Below, piece by piece: positions 48,554 through 58,385 of a DNA stretch of 64,000 bases (positions are counted from its first letter, which is position 1; every line of letters starts with the position of its first letter). Origin of the DNA: Candidatus Eiseniibacteriota bacterium (lineage in GTDB: Bacteria > Eisenbacteria > RBG-16-71-46); the NCBI GenBank assembly GCA_044223005.1, contig JBGAML010000007.1:32001-96000 (forward strand). The letters are read 5' to 3'. Position numbers and translations under genes: made by a program. The notes under the pieces were generated by a model that saw only the letters and a program-made list of their open reading frames with translations, did no database searches and was not told the origin of the DNA.

Positions 48554-49590
48554 ACGCGCGCGCCGCCGCGGCACGCCTCGCGCTCGCGGCGCTGGTACTG
48601 GCCGTGCTGGCGGGGTGCTCGAGCCACAATGGGACGATGCCGATCACGCGCGTGACGCTCGGCATCGAGTGGCAACCCGTGGGCGCGGCGCCGGCGCTCG
48701 CGCCGCGGCCGATCCCCGCGCTCGACTGCTTCGGCGTCGGTGATCCCGCGCTGGCGCGGCTCGCCGACGGCACACTCGCGATGTGGTATTCGGCGGGCGG
48801 TACGAGTGGCGGCCCGTTCGTCACGCGCGCGACCCTCGACGGCGCGTTCGGCGTCACGCGCTCGCCGGACGCGGCGCTCATTCCGCCCGGCGCGGACGGC
48901 CTGTGGGATCGCTTCGTCGAGACCGTCTCGGCGTGGCCCGACAGCGCGAGCGGGCACGTGCGCATGGCCTACCTGGGCTACGCGGACACCGGCTTCGTCG
49001 CGCCCGCGATCGGCGTCACCGTATCGGGCGATTCGGTCGGCACGCTGTGGACGCGCGCGCCGGCACCCGTCTATCGCCCGAGCCCGGGCGCGTGGGACGG
49101 CGCGCTCGTCACCGGCCCCAGCCTGATGCGCGGATCGGACGGACTCTGGCGCATCTACTATTCCGGCGCCGGGACCACGATCGGCATCGGGCTGCTCACC
49201 TCGCCCGACGGCGTCACGTGGACGCCGTACCCCGGCAATCCCGTCTTCGAGCGCCGGCTCGGCCAGTGGGACGAAGCGACGCTCGAGCCGTGCGTGCGCG
49301 AGTTCAATGGCTGCTGGTACCTCTGGTACTCGGGCTATCGCGAGCCGCTCGCCGACAGCACGACCATCGACATCGGCCTCGCCATCTCGTACGACGGCAT
49401 CCATTGGATGCGCGAACACGAAGGCCCCGTGCTCGCGCACGGCGCCGCCGGCGCGTGGGCGTCGCACCGCGTGCTCGCGCCCGACGTGATCCGCCTGGGC
49501 GACGGCAGCCTGCTCATGGCCGCGTACGGCCAGACCCGCGCCGACGTGGGCGTGGTGAGCGGGAAGATCGGGTTCTGGCGTTCGAAGTAG
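48550..49590 (+). CDS. Lipoprotein with five-bladed beta-propeller glycosidase-like repeats (GH43/GH32/GH130-like)
   Basis: Lipobox LAGC; repeated WD...P...YYSG...IGL..S.DG..W...NPV units; ATGA overlap with murJ. Confidence 0.7.
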   Translation: MNARAAAARLALAALVLAVLAGCSSHNGTMPITRVTLGIEWQPVGAAPALAPRPIPALDCFGVGDPALARLADGTLAMWYSAGGTSGGPFVTRATLDGAFGVTRSPDAALIPPGADGLWDRFVETVSAWPDSASGHVRMAYLGYADTGFVAPAIGVTVSGDSVGTLWTRAPAPVYRPSPGAWDGALVTGPSLMRGSDGLWRIYYSGAGTTIGIGLLTSPDGVTWTPYPGNPVFERRLGQWDEATLEPCVREFNGCWYLWYSGYREPLADSTTIDIGLAISYDGIHWMREHEGPVLAHGAAGAWASHRVLAPDVIRLGDGSLLMAAYGQTRADVGVVSGKIGFWRSK

Positions 49591-49808
49591 GGACGGCCCG
49601 GGGTTTCGGTGGGCCGCGCGTCCGACCGCTCGCCGCTCGCCGTTCCATCCGATCGTTGCCTCGGGTCGCCCGCGCTCCGTATGCTCCCGCTGCCGCGGCC
49701 TCCCGACGCTCCCCGCGGTCACGGGCCGCCTCTCGCGGGCCCTCGCTCGCCATCGGCGCGATCCGCCGCACGCTCGCGCCCGCCGCACATGCTCTGCAGG
49801 AGGCCGCG

Positions 49809-52800
49809 ATGTTCCCTTGGACGCTACTTCGTGCGCGCCGTACGCCGTGGCTCGCCGTCGCGCTCGCGCTGTTCGCGCGCGTCGCCGCGGCCCAGAACCC
49901 GGTCGTCACCGAGAACGCGCTGCCGGGAAATCCGCCGAGTGAATGGGACGTCTCGGGCGCCGGCGATCCGAGCATCCAGGGTTTCACGACCGACATCAGC
50001 GTGAATCACGGCGGCACGGTGTTCTTCAAGATCGCGACGCCCTCGACGCAGTACCGGATCGACGTCTACCGGATCGGCTGGTACGGCGGGAACGGCGCGC
50101 GCAAGGTCGCCACGGTCCATCCCTCGGTGACTCTGCCGCAGGTGCAGCCCGCGCCGCTCACCGATGCCGCGACCGGGCTCGTGGACTGCGGCAACTGGGC
50201 CGTCTCCGCGTCGTGGAACGTGCCGGCGGCCGCGGTGTCCGGGATCTACGTCGCGAAGCTCGTGCGCGAGGACACGACCGGTGCGCCCGCGAGCCACGTG
50301 CTGTTCGTGGTGCGCGACGACGAGCGGCATTCCGACCTGCTGCTGCAGGCGAACGACGAAACGTGGCACGCGTACAACACGTACGGCGGCAACAGCCTCT
50401 ACAACGGCGCGCCCGCGGGGCGCGCGTACAAGGTGAGCTACAACCGCCCCTTCACGACGCGCTGCTGCAACTACCCCGACGGCGCCATCGTGACGTGGTT
50501 CTTCAGTGCGCCCTACCCGATGGTGCGCTGGCTCGAAGCCAACGGCTACGACGTCGGCTACGCGAGCGGCGTGGACACGGACCGCTTTCCCGCGCACCTG
50601 CTCGACCACAAGGTGTTCGTCTCCGTGGGACACGACGAATACTGGTCGGGCGCGCAGCGTGCGAACGTCGAGGCCGCGCGCGACGCGGGCGTGAACCTCG
50701 CGTTCTTCAGCGGCAACGAGGTGTTCTGGAAGACGCGCTGGGAGACCAGCATCGACGGCAGCGGCACGCCCTATCGCACGCTCGCCTGCTACAAGGAGAC
50801 GCACGCGGGCGCGAAGATCGATCCGCTGCCCGGCACGTGGACGGGTACCTGGCGCGACCCGCGCTTCAGCCCGCCCGCCGACGGCGGCCGGCCCGAGAAC
50901 GCGCTCCTCGGGACGATCTTCGTGGTGAACGGCGTCACCGAGAACCAGCTCGCCGTGCCCGAGGCCGACGGCAAGATGCGCTTCTGGCGCAACACGAGCG
51001 TCGCGACGCTCGCGCCGGGGCAGACGGCCGCGTTCGCCACCGGCACGCTCGGGTTCGAGTGGGACACCGACCTCGACAACGGCTTCCGGCCCGCGGGGCT
51101 CTTCCATCTCTCGAGCGCGACGTGGAGCGGCGTGCCCGTGCTGCAGGACTACGGCTCGACGTTCGCGACCGGCACCGCGACGCACCACCTGACGATGTAC
51201 CGCGCGGCCAGCGGCGCCCGCGTCTTCAGCGCCGGCACGGTGCAGTGGTCGTGGGGGCTCGATGCGACGCACGACAACCCCGGCACGCCGGCCGATCCGC
51301 GCATGCAGCAGGCGACGGTGAACCTCTTCGCCGACATGGGCGCGCAGCCGGGCTCGCTGCAGCCCGGACTCGTGGCCGCGAGCGCGTCGACCGATGCGCT
51401 CGCGCCGGTCTCGGGCGTCACGACGCCGCTTCCGGGCGCGTCGGTGGCCGCGGGCAACACCGTGACGATCGCCGGCACCGCCTCGGACGCGGGCGGCCGC
51501 GTCGGCGGCATCGAGGTGAGCGTGGACGGTGGCGCGACGTGGCACCCGGCCGAGGGCCGCGAGAGCTGGACGTACGGGTGGACGCCCGCCGACTCGGGTT
51601 CGGCGACGATCCGCTCGCGCGCCGTGGACGACTCCGGGAATCTCGAATCGCCCGGCGCGGGGATCGCGGTCCACGTGACGCCGCCGCAGCCGGGCACCTG
51701 CCCGTGCACGATCTTCGCGGTCAGCGGCGGCGCCGCCAGCAGCGACGCCGCGTCGGTCGAGGTGGGCGTGCGGTTCCGCTCCGACCGCGACGGCTTCGTG
51801 CGGGGCCTGCGCTTCTGGAAGCCCGACGCCACGAACGGCGGCTCGCACGTGGGTCACCTGTGGACCAACGCGGGCGCCGCGCTCGCGACCGCGACGTTCG
51901 CGAACGAGACACCCTCCGGCTGGCAGGAGGTGCTCTTCGGCGCCGGGAACGACGTGCCGGTCACGGCGGGCACGCTCTACGTGGCGTCGGTGCTCATGCC
52001 GCAGGGGCACTACGCGGCGGCCACGGGCTGGTTCGCGGCGCACGACACGGACCGCGCGCCGCTGCACGCGCCGCAGGACGGCGCGGGCGGCTTCGCGAAC
52101 GGCGTGTACGCGTACGGCAGCGGCGGCTTCCCGACGAGCACGTTCGCGTCGGCCAACTACTGGGTCGACGTGGTCTTCGACACGCTCGCGACCAGCGCGC
52201 CGCCCTGCGCCGCCGACCGCACCGCGGCCGACTTCGCGCAGGGCACGTTCGGCCCCGGCACGTTCGCGTCGACCGAGATCGACGGCGAGGTGACGCTCGC
52301 GCCGTCCGCGGGTTCGGCGTTCGACGGGAGCGCGCTCCCCGCGGGCTGGTCGGGCGAAGCGTGGTCCGCCGGCGGTGCCGCCACGGTGAGCGGCGGCGCG
52401 CTGCACGTGGACGGCGCGCGCGCGGCCACGGACTCCGCCTACGGCGCGGGCCGGGCGCTCGAGTTCGTCGCCACGTTCGGGAGCGATGCGTTCCAGCACG
52501 TGGGCTTCGTTTCCGACCTGGCGTTCGATTCGCCGTGGGCCATGTTCAGCACGTTCGGCGGCGGCGGCCTGTGGGCGCGCACGAGCGACGGCGCGAACAC
52601 CGCCATCGCCGGGAGCTGGCTGGGCGCGCCGCACCGCTACCGCATCGACTGGAGCGCGGGTGGCTTCCAGTTCGCCATCGACGGTGCCACCGTCGCCGCG
52701 AGCGCGTTCACGGTCGGCACGCCCATGCGGCCGCTCGCGAGCGACTTCACCGTCGGCGGCGCGGGGCTCGCGCTCGGCGAACTGCGGCTCGCGCCGTACG

Positions 52801-53417
52801 CCGCGAGCGGGAGCTACACCTCGCGCGTGGTGGATGCGGGCACGCTCTCGAGCTGGGGCGCGGCGAGCTGGACCGCGGACGTGCCCGCGGGCACGAGCCT
52901 GGCGCTGCTCGCGCGCACGGGGAACACGCCTGCGCCCGACGGCACGTGGAGCGCGTTCACGCCGATCGCCGGCAACGGCGCCAGCGTCGGGCGCACGGCG
53001 CGCTACCTGCAGTACCGCGCCGACCTCGCCACGAGCGACCCGGCGCGCACGCCGGTGGTGCGCGACGTGTCGGTCGCCTGCTCGCCCGCGGCCGGGAGCG
53101 TCGCGCCCGAGGGCGGCCCGTTCACGATGCGCGCTCCGACGATCGCCCCGAACCCCGTCGGTGCGCGCACGACGATCGCGTTCGCGATTTCGCCCATCGA
53201 GGCGCCGGCGGGACGCGTCGCCGTGGAGGTCGTGCTGCACGACGTGCAGGGGCGCGTCGTGCGCGTGCTCGAGCGGCGCGAACTCGCGCCGGGGCGCTAC
53301 GAGGTGGCCTGGGACGCCCGCGACGACGGAGGCGCCCGCGTGCGGGCCGGCGTCTACTACGTGCGTTTGCGGGTCGGCGACACGAGCGCACGCCGGGCCG
53401 TCGTCGTGCTTCGCTGA
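49809..53417 (+). CDS. Large secreted protein: N,N-dimethylformamidase beta-subunit-like domain, Ig-like domain, DUF4082, C-terminal FlgD-type domain
   Basis: ENALPG, TWHAYNTYGG, KVSYNRP, GHDEYWS, FFSGN; VEVGVRF...NYWVDVVF; PNP...WDARD...GVYY. Confidence 0.85.
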   Translation: MFPWTLLRARRTPWLAVALALFARVAAAQNPVVTENALPGNPPSEWDVSGAGDPSIQGFTTDISVNHGGTVFFKIATPSTQYRIDVYRIGWYGGNGARKVATVHPSVTLPQVQPAPLTDAATGLVDCGNWAVSASWNVPAAAVSGIYVAKLVREDTTGAPASHVLFVVRDDERHSDLLLQANDETWHAYNTYGGNSLYNGAPAGRAYKVSYNRPFTTRCCNYPDGAIVTWFFSAPYPMVRWLEANGYDVGYASGVDTDRFPAHLLDHKVFVSVGHDEYWSGAQRANVEAARDAGVNLAFFSGNEVFWKTRWETSIDGSGTPYRTLACYKETHAGAKIDPLPGTWTGTWRDPRFSPPADGGRPENALLGTIFVVNGVTENQLAVPEADGKMRFWRNTSVATLAPGQTAAFATGTLGFEWDTDLDNGFRPAGLFHLSSATWSGVPVLQDYGSTFATGTATHHLTMYRAASGARVFSAGTVQWSWGLDATHDNPGTPADPRMQQATVNLFADMGAQPGSLQPGLVAASASTDALAPVSGVTTPLPGASVAAGNTVTIAGTASDAGGRVGGIEVSVDGGATWHPAEGRESWTYGWTPADSGSATIRSRAVDDSGNLESPGAGIAVHVTPPQPGTCPCTIFAVSGGAASSDAASVEVGVRFRSDRDGFVRGLRFWKPDATNGGSHVGHLWTNAGAALATATFANETPSGWQEVLFGAGNDVPVTAGTLYVASVLMPQGHYAAATGWFAAHDTDRAPLHAPQDGAGGFANGVYAYGSGGFPTSTFASANYWVDVVFDTLATSAPPCAADRTAADFAQGTFGPGTFASTEIDGEVTLAPSAGSAFDGSALPAGWSGEAWSAGGAATVSGGALHVDGARAATDSAYGAGRALEFVATFGSDAFQHVGFVSDLAFDSPWAMFSTFGGGGLWARTSDGANTAIAGSWLGAPHRYRIDWSAGGFQFAIDGATVAASAFTVGTPMRPLASDFTVGGAGLALGELRLAPYAASGSYTSRVVDAGTLSSWGAASWTADVPAGTSLALLARTGNTPAPDGTWSAFTPIAGNGASVGRTARYLQYRADLATSDPARTPVVRDVSVACSPAAGSVAPEGGPFTMRAPTIAPNPVGARTTIAFAISPIEAPAGRVAVEVVLHDVQGRVVRVLERRELAPGRYEVAWDARDDGGARVRAGVYYVRLRVGDTSARRAVVVLR

Positions 53418-53425
53418 CTTCGGCG

Positions 53426-53478
53426 GAAACGCGCGGGGCGGCCCGGTGACACGCACCGGACCGCCCCGCGTCGTTTCG
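53426..53478. terminator. Hairpin between convergent genes
   Basis: Stem CGCGGGGCGG.CCGGTG/CACCGG.CCGCCCCGCG followed by TCGTTTCG. Confidence 0.55.
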
Positions 53479-53493
53479 CCGCGACGGCGCGAT

Positions 53494-54138
53494 TCAGCGC
53501 AGCACGTGGAACGCGTGCGTCCAGGAGTTGCGCAGGAAGCCCGGCGCACACCACAGGATGCAGAGCGGTTCGATTGCGCGTGCGCCCTCGACGCCGCCCA
53601 CATCCTCGCTGTCCCAGCCGAACTGGTCGAGGATGCGCGTCACCTCCGCCTTCGCCGCGGCATCGTCACCGGCGATGAACATGGTCGGGCGCGTGCCGCC
53701 GAAATCGGGGTTCACCATGCGCCCGTTGCCGACGCACGAGAACGCCTTCACGAACCGCGCACCGGGCGCGCGCTTCTGCAGGCGCTCCATGAGCGACTCG
53801 TTGGGCCCCGTGAAGAACTGCAGGATGCCCTTCACCGGCGGCGCGTCGGCGATCGGGTTGGTGGCGTCGATCACCAGCTTGCCGGAGAGCGCGTCGGCTC
53901 CGGCCAACTTCACCGCCTCTTCGGCCGCGGTGCCCTTGACCGCGAGCACGACGATCTCGCCCGCCCTCGCCGCGTCCGCGAACGTCGCAGTGGAGGCACG
54001 TGCGCCCGCCTTCGCCTTCCAGTCCGCGAGCTTGCCCGGATCGCGCGAGCCGCGCACCACGTCGTGTCCGTACTTCAGGAATCCGTCCGCCAGCACCTGC
54101 CCGACCATGCCGGAACCCAGTACCGCCACCTTGCTCAT
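53494..54138 (-). CDS. NADPH-dependent F420 reductase family oxidoreductase
   Basis: VAVLGSGMVG, VVLAV, IDATNP, VKAF, AGDDAAAK. Confidence 0.88.
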   Translation of the reverse strand: MSKVAVLGSGMVGQVLADGFLKYGHDVVRGSRDPGKLADWKAKAGARASTATFADAARAGEIVVLAVKGTAAEEAVKLAGADALSGKLVIDATNPIADAPPVKGILQFFTGPNESLMERLQKRAPGARFVKAFSCVGNGRMVNPDFGGTRPTMFIAGDDAAAKAEVTRILDQFGWDSEDVGGVEGARAIEPLCILWCAPGFLRNSWTHAFHVLR

Positions 54139-54400
54139 GACGACCCCTCGGGAAATGGGAATGGCGCGCTCGCCGATCGCGGCGCGTGGGCTTGGATGCC
54201 GCGCAGTGCGGGAGGAGTCGGGGAAAAGGGTGCGGCGGGCAGGGGCCCGCGCTTCGGTCATGGACCGCCAGATCCCGACGAGCGCGGCGCCCGATGCGCC
54301 CGGACGCCGCGAGAAGGCCTTTCCCTGCACGCCTCCGATGCGCGATGATTCGCGGCCTTCCCCGTCGTCCTGTCTGGCTGTCGCCCCCGGAGGAGTTTCC

Positions 54401-55150
54401 ATGCGGTCGTTCGTGCGTTTCGCCGTACCGGCTCTCGCGCTGTCCGTCGCCTTGACCCTGGTTCACGTCGGCAGCTCGCAGGCGCAGGGCGATGACGGGA
54501 AGCCGAAGAACCTCAAGGTCCTCCCCAAGACGATGTCGCATCGCGAAGTCGAGAACGTCATGCGCGGCTGGAGCATGGCGCTCGGCGTGCGCTGCTCGAG
54601 CTGTCACGTGGAGGCGGCCCCCGGCGAGGAGCCCGACTTCGCGGCCGACAAGAAGCCGGCGAAGGAACGGGCGCGCGACATGCTGCGGATGACCCTGTCG
54701 ATCAACGACCAGCTGCAGAAGATGAACTTCAAGGAGACGCCGCAGGTGACCTGCGTGACCTGCCACCACGGCGTCGCGCAGCCCAGGACGCTCGGCGCGC
54801 TCCTGATGAAGACCACGCACGAGAAGGGCGCCGACGCGGCCATCGCCGACTACCGCAAGCTCCGCGACCAGTACTACGGCAGCGGCGCGTACGATTTCAG
54901 CCCGGCGTCGCTGAACGACCTGGCCGGCCAGCTTTCCGAAGCCCGCGACTTCGACTCGGCGCTCAAGTTCCTGAACCTGAACCTCGAGTTCTCGCCCAAG
55001 GACGCCGGCACCTACGTCGCGATGGGCCGCGTGCAGATGGCGAAGGGCGACGCGGACGCGGCGAAGGCGAGTTTCCAGAAGGCGCTCGACATCGATCCCC
55101 AGAACCGCTGGGCGAAGCGGATGCTGCAGCAGGTCCAGGGCGGCAAGTGA
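54401..55150 (+). CDS. Periplasmic diheme c-type cytochrome (reaction-centre cytochrome-like family) with C-terminal TPR
   Basis: Signal peptide, KNLKVL, ALGVRCSSCH, VTCVTCHHG, TPR helices. Confidence 0.85.
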   Translation: MRSFVRFAVPALALSVALTLVHVGSSQAQGDDGKPKNLKVLPKTMSHREVENVMRGWSMALGVRCSSCHVEAAPGEEPDFAADKKPAKERARDMLRMTLSINDQLQKMNFKETPQVTCVTCHHGVAQPRTLGALLMKTTHEKGADAAIADYRKLRDQYYGSGAYDFSPASLNDLAGQLSEARDFDSALKFLNLNLEFSPKDAGTYVAMGRVQMAKGDADAAKASFQKALDIDPQNRWAKRMLQQVQGGK

Positions 55151-55575
55151 CGCCCAGTCCGATCCTGCGTGGGGCCGCGGTGGTGATCGCCGCCGCGGCC
55201 CTGCTGCAATTGATGCCGACGAAGCGCGACAACCCGCCCGTGCGCACGGAAGTCGTGGCGCCCGCCGACGTGAAGGCGATCCTCGAGCGCGCCTGCTACG
55301 ACTGCCACTCGAACCGCACGACGTGGCCGTGGTACAGCCGCGTGGCGCCGGTGTCGTGGCTGGTGGCGAGCGACGTGCACAAGGGCCGCAAGGAAGTGAA
55401 CTTCACGGACTGGCCCGCGTTCGACCAGGACGCGCAGGACCGCATCCTGAAGCACATGGTGAAGCAGGTGCGCACGCGCGCGATGCCGCTGCCCATCTAT
55501 CTCACCATGCACCCCAAGGCCCAACTGAGCGCTGCGGACCGCCAGAAGCTGATCGACTGGGCCACGGTGGAGTAG
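55147..55575 (+). CDS. Heme-binding domain (Haem_bd) monoheme cytochrome c
   Basis: ACYDCHSN.T.WPWYS.VAPVSW, MP...Y...HP. Confidence 0.88.
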   Translation: MTPSPILRGAAVVIAAAALLQLMPTKRDNPPVRTEVVAPADVKAILERACYDCHSNRTTWPWYSRVAPVSWLVASDVHKGRKEVNFTDWPAFDQDAQDRILKHMVKQVRTRAMPLPIYLTMHPKAQLSAADRQKLIDWATVE

Positions 55576-57087
55576 TCAGCCGCACGACGCCCTCGCCTCG
55601 ACCGCCCGGTACTGCAGCGCCTCGGCGAAACGCATCTCGCTCACGCGCTCCTCGCCGGCGAGGTCGGCGATCGTGCGGGCGACGCGCAGCGCGCGGTGGA
55701 CGCCGCGCGCGCTCATGCCGCCGCGGTCCACGGCGTCGGCGACGAGCCGGCGCCCGGCCGCATCGAGCGCGGCGTGCTGGCGCAAACCCGCGTTCGGTAG
55801 CAGCGCGTTCAAGCCGCCGCGGGCGCGCTGGCGCTCGCGGGCGGCGAGCACGCGCTCTCGCACGGCCGCGGAGGGCTCGCCGTTGGTCGCGAGCAGCAGT
55901 TCGTCCGACGTGAGTGCGGGCACCTCGATCTGCAGGTCGAGCCGGTCGAGGATCGGGCCGGAGACGCGCGCTGCGTAGCGCGCGACGTCGCCGGTCGTGC
56001 AGCGGCACCCGCGTTTGGGGTGGCCTCGCCAGCCACAGGCGCAGGGATTCATCGCCGCCACGAGCAGCGGCCGCGCGGGAAACTCCGCGTGACCGCTCGC
56101 GCGCACGAGGTGCACCGAGCCCGTTTCGAGCGGCTCGCGCAGTGCATCGAGCAGGTGACGCGGGTACTCGGCGAACTCGTCCAGGAACAGCACGCCGTGG
56201 TGCGCGAGTGAGAGCTCGCCCGGCCGGGGCGGCGCGCCCCCGCCCACGAGTCCGGCGCGCGACAGTGAATGGTGCGGCGCGCGGAACGGCCGCTCGCGCA
56301 TGAGCCCGAGCCCCGGAGCGCGCAGCCCGGAGGCGCTGTGCAGGCGCGTCACCGCCAGCGCCTCGGCGGGCTCGAGCGGCGGCAGGATCCCGGGCAGGCG
56401 GCGCGCGAGCATCGACTTGCCCGCGCCCGGCGGCCCGACGAGCAGCAGGTGATGCCCGCCCGCGGCGGCGATCTCCAGCGCGCGCCGCGCGACGGCCTGC
56501 CCGCGCACGTCGGCGAGGTCGTCGTCGGTGCGCTCGTGCGGATCGGGCGCCGCGGGCGTCGCGCGCTCGAGCTTGCCCTCGCCGCGCAGCCACGCGACCA
56601 CGTCGGCGAGCCCGGGCGCGGCGAGCACCGTGAGGCCCTCCACGAGCGCGGCTTCGCGCGCGGCCTCGGCGGCGCACACCAGCGTGCGCGCGCCGCCGCG
56701 CCACGCGGCCTCGGCGAGCGAAAGCGTGCCGCGCGTCCCGCGCAGCCGACCGTCGAGAGCCAGTTCGCCCAGCGCCGCGGTGCGTGCGAGCGCGTCGGCG
56801 GGCGCCTGCTCGGTCGCGGCGAGCAGCGCGATCGCCAGCGCGAGGTCGGTGGCCGCGCCCTCCTTGCGCCGGCCGGCGGGCGCAAGGTTGGCGACCACGC
56901 GCCGGTCGGGCGGCGAGAGGCCGGCGTTTCGGAGCGCGGGCCAGATGCGCTCGCGCGACTCGCGCGCCGAGGCGTCGGGGAGGCCGACCAGCGCGAAGCC
57001 GGGCAGCCCGGGGCCCACGTCGACCTCGCAGTCGACGGGAAACGCTTCGAGGCCCCACAGCGCGGCGGTGCGAACGCGGGCGAGCAT
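55576..57087 (-). CDS. comM: YifB/ComM Mg-chelatase-like AAA+ ATPase
   Basis: VGLPD, NLAPA...KEG, GPPGAGKSM, RPFRAPHH, LAHHGVLFLDE, NPCACG, RVARTIADL. Confidence 0.93.
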   Translation of the reverse strand: MLARVRTAALWGLEAFPVDCEVDVGPGLPGFALVGLPDASARESRERIWPALRNAGLSPPDRRVVANLAPAGRRKEGAATDLALAIALLAATEQAPADALARTAALGELALDGRLRGTRGTLSLAEAAWRGGARTLVCAAEAAREAALVEGLTVLAAPGLADVVAWLRGEGKLERATPAAPDPHERTDDDLADVRGQAVARRALEIAAAGGHHLLLVGPPGAGKSMLARRLPGILPPLEPAEALAVTRLHSASGLRAPGLGLMRERPFRAPHHSLSRAGLVGGGAPPRPGELSLAHHGVLFLDEFAEYPRHLLDALREPLETGSVHLVRASGHAEFPARPLLVAAMNPCACGWRGHPKRGCRCTTGDVARYAARVSGPILDRLDLQIEVPALTSDELLLATNGEPSAAVRERVLAARERQRARGGLNALLPNAGLRQHAALDAAGRRLVADAVDRGGMSARGVHRALRVARTIADLAGEERVSEMRFAEALQYRAVEARASCG

Positions 57088-57261
57088 GCGACTCCGGCGG
57101 GGGCGGTGCACCGGAGCGTCTCGCAAGAGCCGTGCGCGGGGCGATCCCCACGTGGCGCGCGCGCCCGCGCGGCCCGCGGTGCGCACGCCGGTGCCACAAC
57201 GCGCACGCGGGCGACGGGACGCGAATGCCCCGTCGCCCGCGATGGGGTCAGCGTCGGCGCG

Positions 57262-58257
57262 TCAGGGCTGCTGCTCCGCCTTGCGGCGCTGCTTCTCGTC
57301 GTTCCAGTGGTCCTCGAAGCCCTTCACGGTCGCGAACATCGCGGGCGAGTCGGCGACCTCGGGCCCCAGCATGACCGTGGTGTTGTCCGCGCTGCGCATG
57401 TGGCCGGTGGCGTCCAGCTCCAGCGTGGTCACGCCGGCGTACTGGCCCTGTTCGCCGCCGTAGCATGCGATGGTGTTCTTCACCATGCGGCCCTTCTGGT
57501 AGAGCGGCACGTTGCGGCCGATGATCACGGCGTCGATGCCGTCCACAGCCACCACCAGGTCCTCGGCCTCGACCTTGCCGACCTGCGAGAGCAGCACGAT
57601 CACCGTCGCGCCCTGCTGGCGCAGTTCGGCCACGGCGCGCCGCGCCGCGGTCGTCGGGTCCTCGACCGTGAGCGAATCCCGCGAGGGCCCGAGGTCGGCC
57701 TTGTCCGACGTCACGCCGAACACGCCCACCTTCGTGCCGCCCAGCGTCACGATCCGCCACGGCGCGACCAGCGGCTGCTGGCTCGCGCGATCGAGGAGGT
57801 TGGCGCAGACGAGCGGCACGCCCGTGCGCTTCGCGTTCGCGAGCAGGAAGCCACGGCCGAAGCGCAGCTCCCGCTCGGTCACGGCCGCGGCGTCGGTGCC
57901 GATCACCTTCATCGCGTCCATCATGAACGCGGCGACGGGCGCGTCCGTGTCGGCCTCCGGAAAGAAGCCGCCGGCGTCGACGAGCAGCACGGGGGCGTCG
58001 CCAGCACGCAGGCTGTCGGCGAAGTGCGCGAGCCGCGAGAGCCCGCCCTTGGGAACGTGGCAGCCGCAGGGCCCGGTCTTGCCCTTCACGTCGGTGGTGG
58101 AGACGACGACGAGCTTGCTCGTGCGTGCGTGCGCGGTCTTGGCGGCCTTCGCGGAGGCCGCCCGAGAGAACGGCGCGGCGATCGCCAGCACGACGAAAAC
58201 GCCCGCGATGATTGCGCGCGCGGCGCGTGCGCGCGAGACGAGGGTGACGAGGTGCAC
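57262..58257 (-). CDS. Secreted UshA/5'-nucleotidase-fold protein with CGCH motif (metal ligands lost)
   Basis: STTDVKG.TGPCGCHVPKGGLSR, LLVDAGG, VCANL, KVGVFG, LLSQ; GTG after GGAGG. Confidence 0.75.
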   Translation of the reverse strand: MHLVTLVSRARAARAIIAGVFVVLAIAAPFSRAASAKAAKTAHARTSKLVVVSTTDVKGKTGPCGCHVPKGGLSRLAHFADSLRAGDAPVLLVDAGGFFPEADTDAPVAAFMMDAMKVIGTDAAAVTERELRFGRGFLLANAKRTGVPLVCANLLDRASQQPLVAPWRIVTLGGTKVGVFGVTSDKADLGPSRDSLTVEDPTTAARRAVAELRQQGATVIVLLSQVGKVEAEDLVVAVDGIDAVIIGRNVPLYQKGRMVKNTIACYGGEQGQYAGVTTLELDATGHMRSADNTTVMLGPEVADSPAMFATVKGFEDHWNDEKQRRKAEQQP

Positions 58258-58385
58258 AGGGTCCTCCCGGAAGAGCGACGGAGTGGCGGTGTCGACGTCG
58301 AGCGCTCGGATCACCGCGCGGACAATTCTAGTGGGACCATGCTGAAGCGTGTCCGGAAGTTGTCGAGAATCATGACCGGGCGCGT

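Noticed and set aside
55576..57087. comM (and radC) as possible integration hotspots for mobile elements
   Set aside because: Both reading frames are intact, and no integrase or att-like duplication is nearby
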